From Verrucomicrobiota bacterium (GTDB taxonomy: Bacteria > Verrucomicrobiota > Verrucomicrobiia > Opitutales > JAKPNF01), in the NCBI GenBank assembly GCA_029548565.1, contig JAKPNF010000079.1, forward strand, positions 2,101-66,100: a stretch of DNA of 64,000 nucleotides. Reading direction: 5' to 3'. Numbering within the stretch: the stretch's first letter is position 1; each line of letters starts with the position of its first letter. Under the pieces are notes generated by a model. It worked only from the letters and a program-made list of their open reading frames with translations. It had not been told where the DNA came from and ran no database searches. Positions 62,705 through 64,000 of this stretch are shown here, piece after piece. The position numbers were made by a program, and so were the translations under genes.

Positions 62705-63973
62705 TCAGCGCTTGAGGGCTTTTTCGATTTCCTTCAGCCACTTGTCCCATTGCTTGTCGACGACCGCCATGTTCGCGCGGGGGTTCCAGTCGGCGTCGTA
62801 CTGGCTGGTCGGCAGGCCCGGATCGACTGAGTGGAATTCCCAGCCGAACTGCGTGCCGTGGCGGATGGTGCTTTTCATGCACGCTTCGGTTTCTTTCGGG
62901 GTGAGCGGCTCGAAGCCCAATGAGTTGCTTTCGGTGACTGCCCACGAGACATTCTTTTCCTTCATCACCTTGTAAACGGCGCCGTAGGCTTTGTCGTCGA
63001 GCTTCAGCGCGGGGTGGTGGCGGTTCCAGTACACCTGCATGATTTGCAGGTCGCCAAGTGAGTTTAAAAAAACCTGCGCGTCTCCCAGGCGGCGCTGGTT
63101 GCCTTCGCCGTTGTCAAAATAATCGACCGCGATCCAGATGTTCTTGTCGCTTGAATTTTCGCGCAAGGCCGCGATCTCGCCATTGATCCACGCGGCGAGC
63201 CGCTCGGCGCGGAAGCGGTTCCAGTGTTTGTTTTTCAAAAAGGTGTCGCGGATGGGAAAGGTGGCGGGAAACAGCGGGGCGCCCGTGTTGTCCTTGCGCC
63301 AGGCGTCGTACGCCTTTTTCGCGGCGGCGTTGTAATCAATGTCGGTCGTGCCCATGTAATGCGGGTGGGTGCTTGTCTCGCAATATAAAAAATTCTTGTC
63401 GGCCATCTGCCTTGTCAGGTTGGCGATAAAATTGCGGGACGCTTCCAGATAGGCCTCGTCACAAAAGGAAGGCATACGCGCCTCGCTCTTGTGGTCAGTG
63501 TCTATCGCGGGTTTTCCGTCGGACGTCACCGCCTGCTGCGCGGGCATGTTTTTCCAAAAGCCCTCGGGAACCACCGCGCCTAGCGAGTAAGTTTCCACCG
63601 CCAGCGAGGCGAACATGCCTTGCGCGTTAATCGTGTCGACCAGCCTGCGCAACGGCTCGACGCTGGAGGCGGGCACCTCGCCCGTTCCCTGTGTGTCGAA
63701 CACTCTCCAATGGCACACCAGCACAATGTTGGTGTAGCCCAGTTTTTTGTACATGGGCATGCGGTCGATCCAAATCTGTGTGACGGCGGGGTCGGAAAAA
63801 TGGCCGACCACGCGCGCGCTTTTCATGAACTGCCATTTGCCGTCGACATACAGCGCGCCGTTTTTCAGCTCGCACTGTTTGCCGTTGATCACGCGCGGCC
63901 GGCCTTGCGCACAGAGCAAGCAGCATGAAAAAAGAGTCACCAACAGGTAAGGGAACAGTCGGGTGATTTTCAT
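62705..63973 (-). CDS. Secreted GH-like protein (paralogue family B)
   Basis: Signal peptide MKITRLFPYLLVTLFSCCLLCAQG. RVINGKQCELKNGALYVDGKWQFMK, GYTNIVLVCHWRVFD. Confidence 0.75.
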   Translation of the reverse strand: MKITRLFPYLLVTLFSCCLLCAQGRPRVINGKQCELKNGALYVDGKWQFMKSARVVGHFSDPAVTQIWIDRMPMYKKLGYTNIVLVCHWRVFDTQGTGEVPASSVEPLRRLVDTINAQGMFASLAVETYSLGAVVPEGFWKNMPAQQAVTSDGKPAIDTDHKSEARMPSFCDEAYLEASRNFIANLTRQMADKNFLYCETSTHPHYMGTTDIDYNAAAKKAYDAWRKDNTGAPLFPATFPIRDTFLKNKHWNRFRAERLAAWINGEIAALRENSSDKNIWIAVDYFDNGEGNQRRLGDAQVFLNSLGDLQIMQVYWNRHHPALKLDDKAYGAVYKVMKEKNVSWAVTESNSLGFEPLTPKETEACMKSTIRHGTQFGWEFHSVDPGLPTSQYDADWNPRANMAVVDKQWDKWLKEIEKALKR

Positions 63974-64000
63974 GACAAGGATGTTTTTAAGTTTTTTCCG

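Noticed and set aside
1-64000. Mobile elements, prophage, CRISPR-Cas or classic defence and toxin-antitoxin modules
   Set aside because: I found no transposase, integrase, Cas, nuclease/ATPase or phage-like translations in any frame of the ORF track. The only repeat structures are the coding Lys/Ala repeat and the single inverted repeat at 30539-30645.

Overview
GC-rich bacterial chromosomal segment with dense, mostly minus-strand coding. I infer Verrucomicrobiota (Opitutae-like) from a PEP-CTERM protein, a giant GspK-like pseudopilin, a MurC-MurB fusion, a divergent FtsZ, and sulfatase/glycan genes; no search was run. Layout: (1) 1-2406, sialidase-like fragment plus a secreted GH-like TIM-barrel protein. 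(2) 2468-6990, a 1247-aa pseudopilin-like protein with an overlapping secreted partner. (3) 7073-8434, a lipoprotein and a BI-1/YccA protein. (4) 8604-13475, two tandem paralogous helical-repeat proteins. (5) 13963-14493, a double ribbon-helix-helix protein with a histone-H1-like Lys/Ala tail. (6) 14816-19418, a tight five-gene lipid operon: CrtI-family flavoprotein, FabZ-like, FabI-like, OleA-like, OleB-like. This is my best candidate for an undescribed system. (7) ilvC, ilvN, tRNA-Val, SUI1/YciH, lpdA. (8) fabF-acpP-fabG, family-4 UDG, MECR-like reductase, M3 oligopeptidase. (9) 30775-49871, a complete dcw cluster (mraZ to ftsZ) with an inserted LysM gene, a murC-murB fusion and repeated ATGA stop/start overlaps. 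(10) 50166-63973, a secreted glycan/sulfatase locus with two uncharacterised paralogue families, a URO-D-family enzyme and a PEP-CTERM protein. I saw no CRISPR array, transposase, integrase or rRNA. All functional calls come from motifs read in the supplied translations and from remembered family signatures, so they need HMM/BLAST confirmation.
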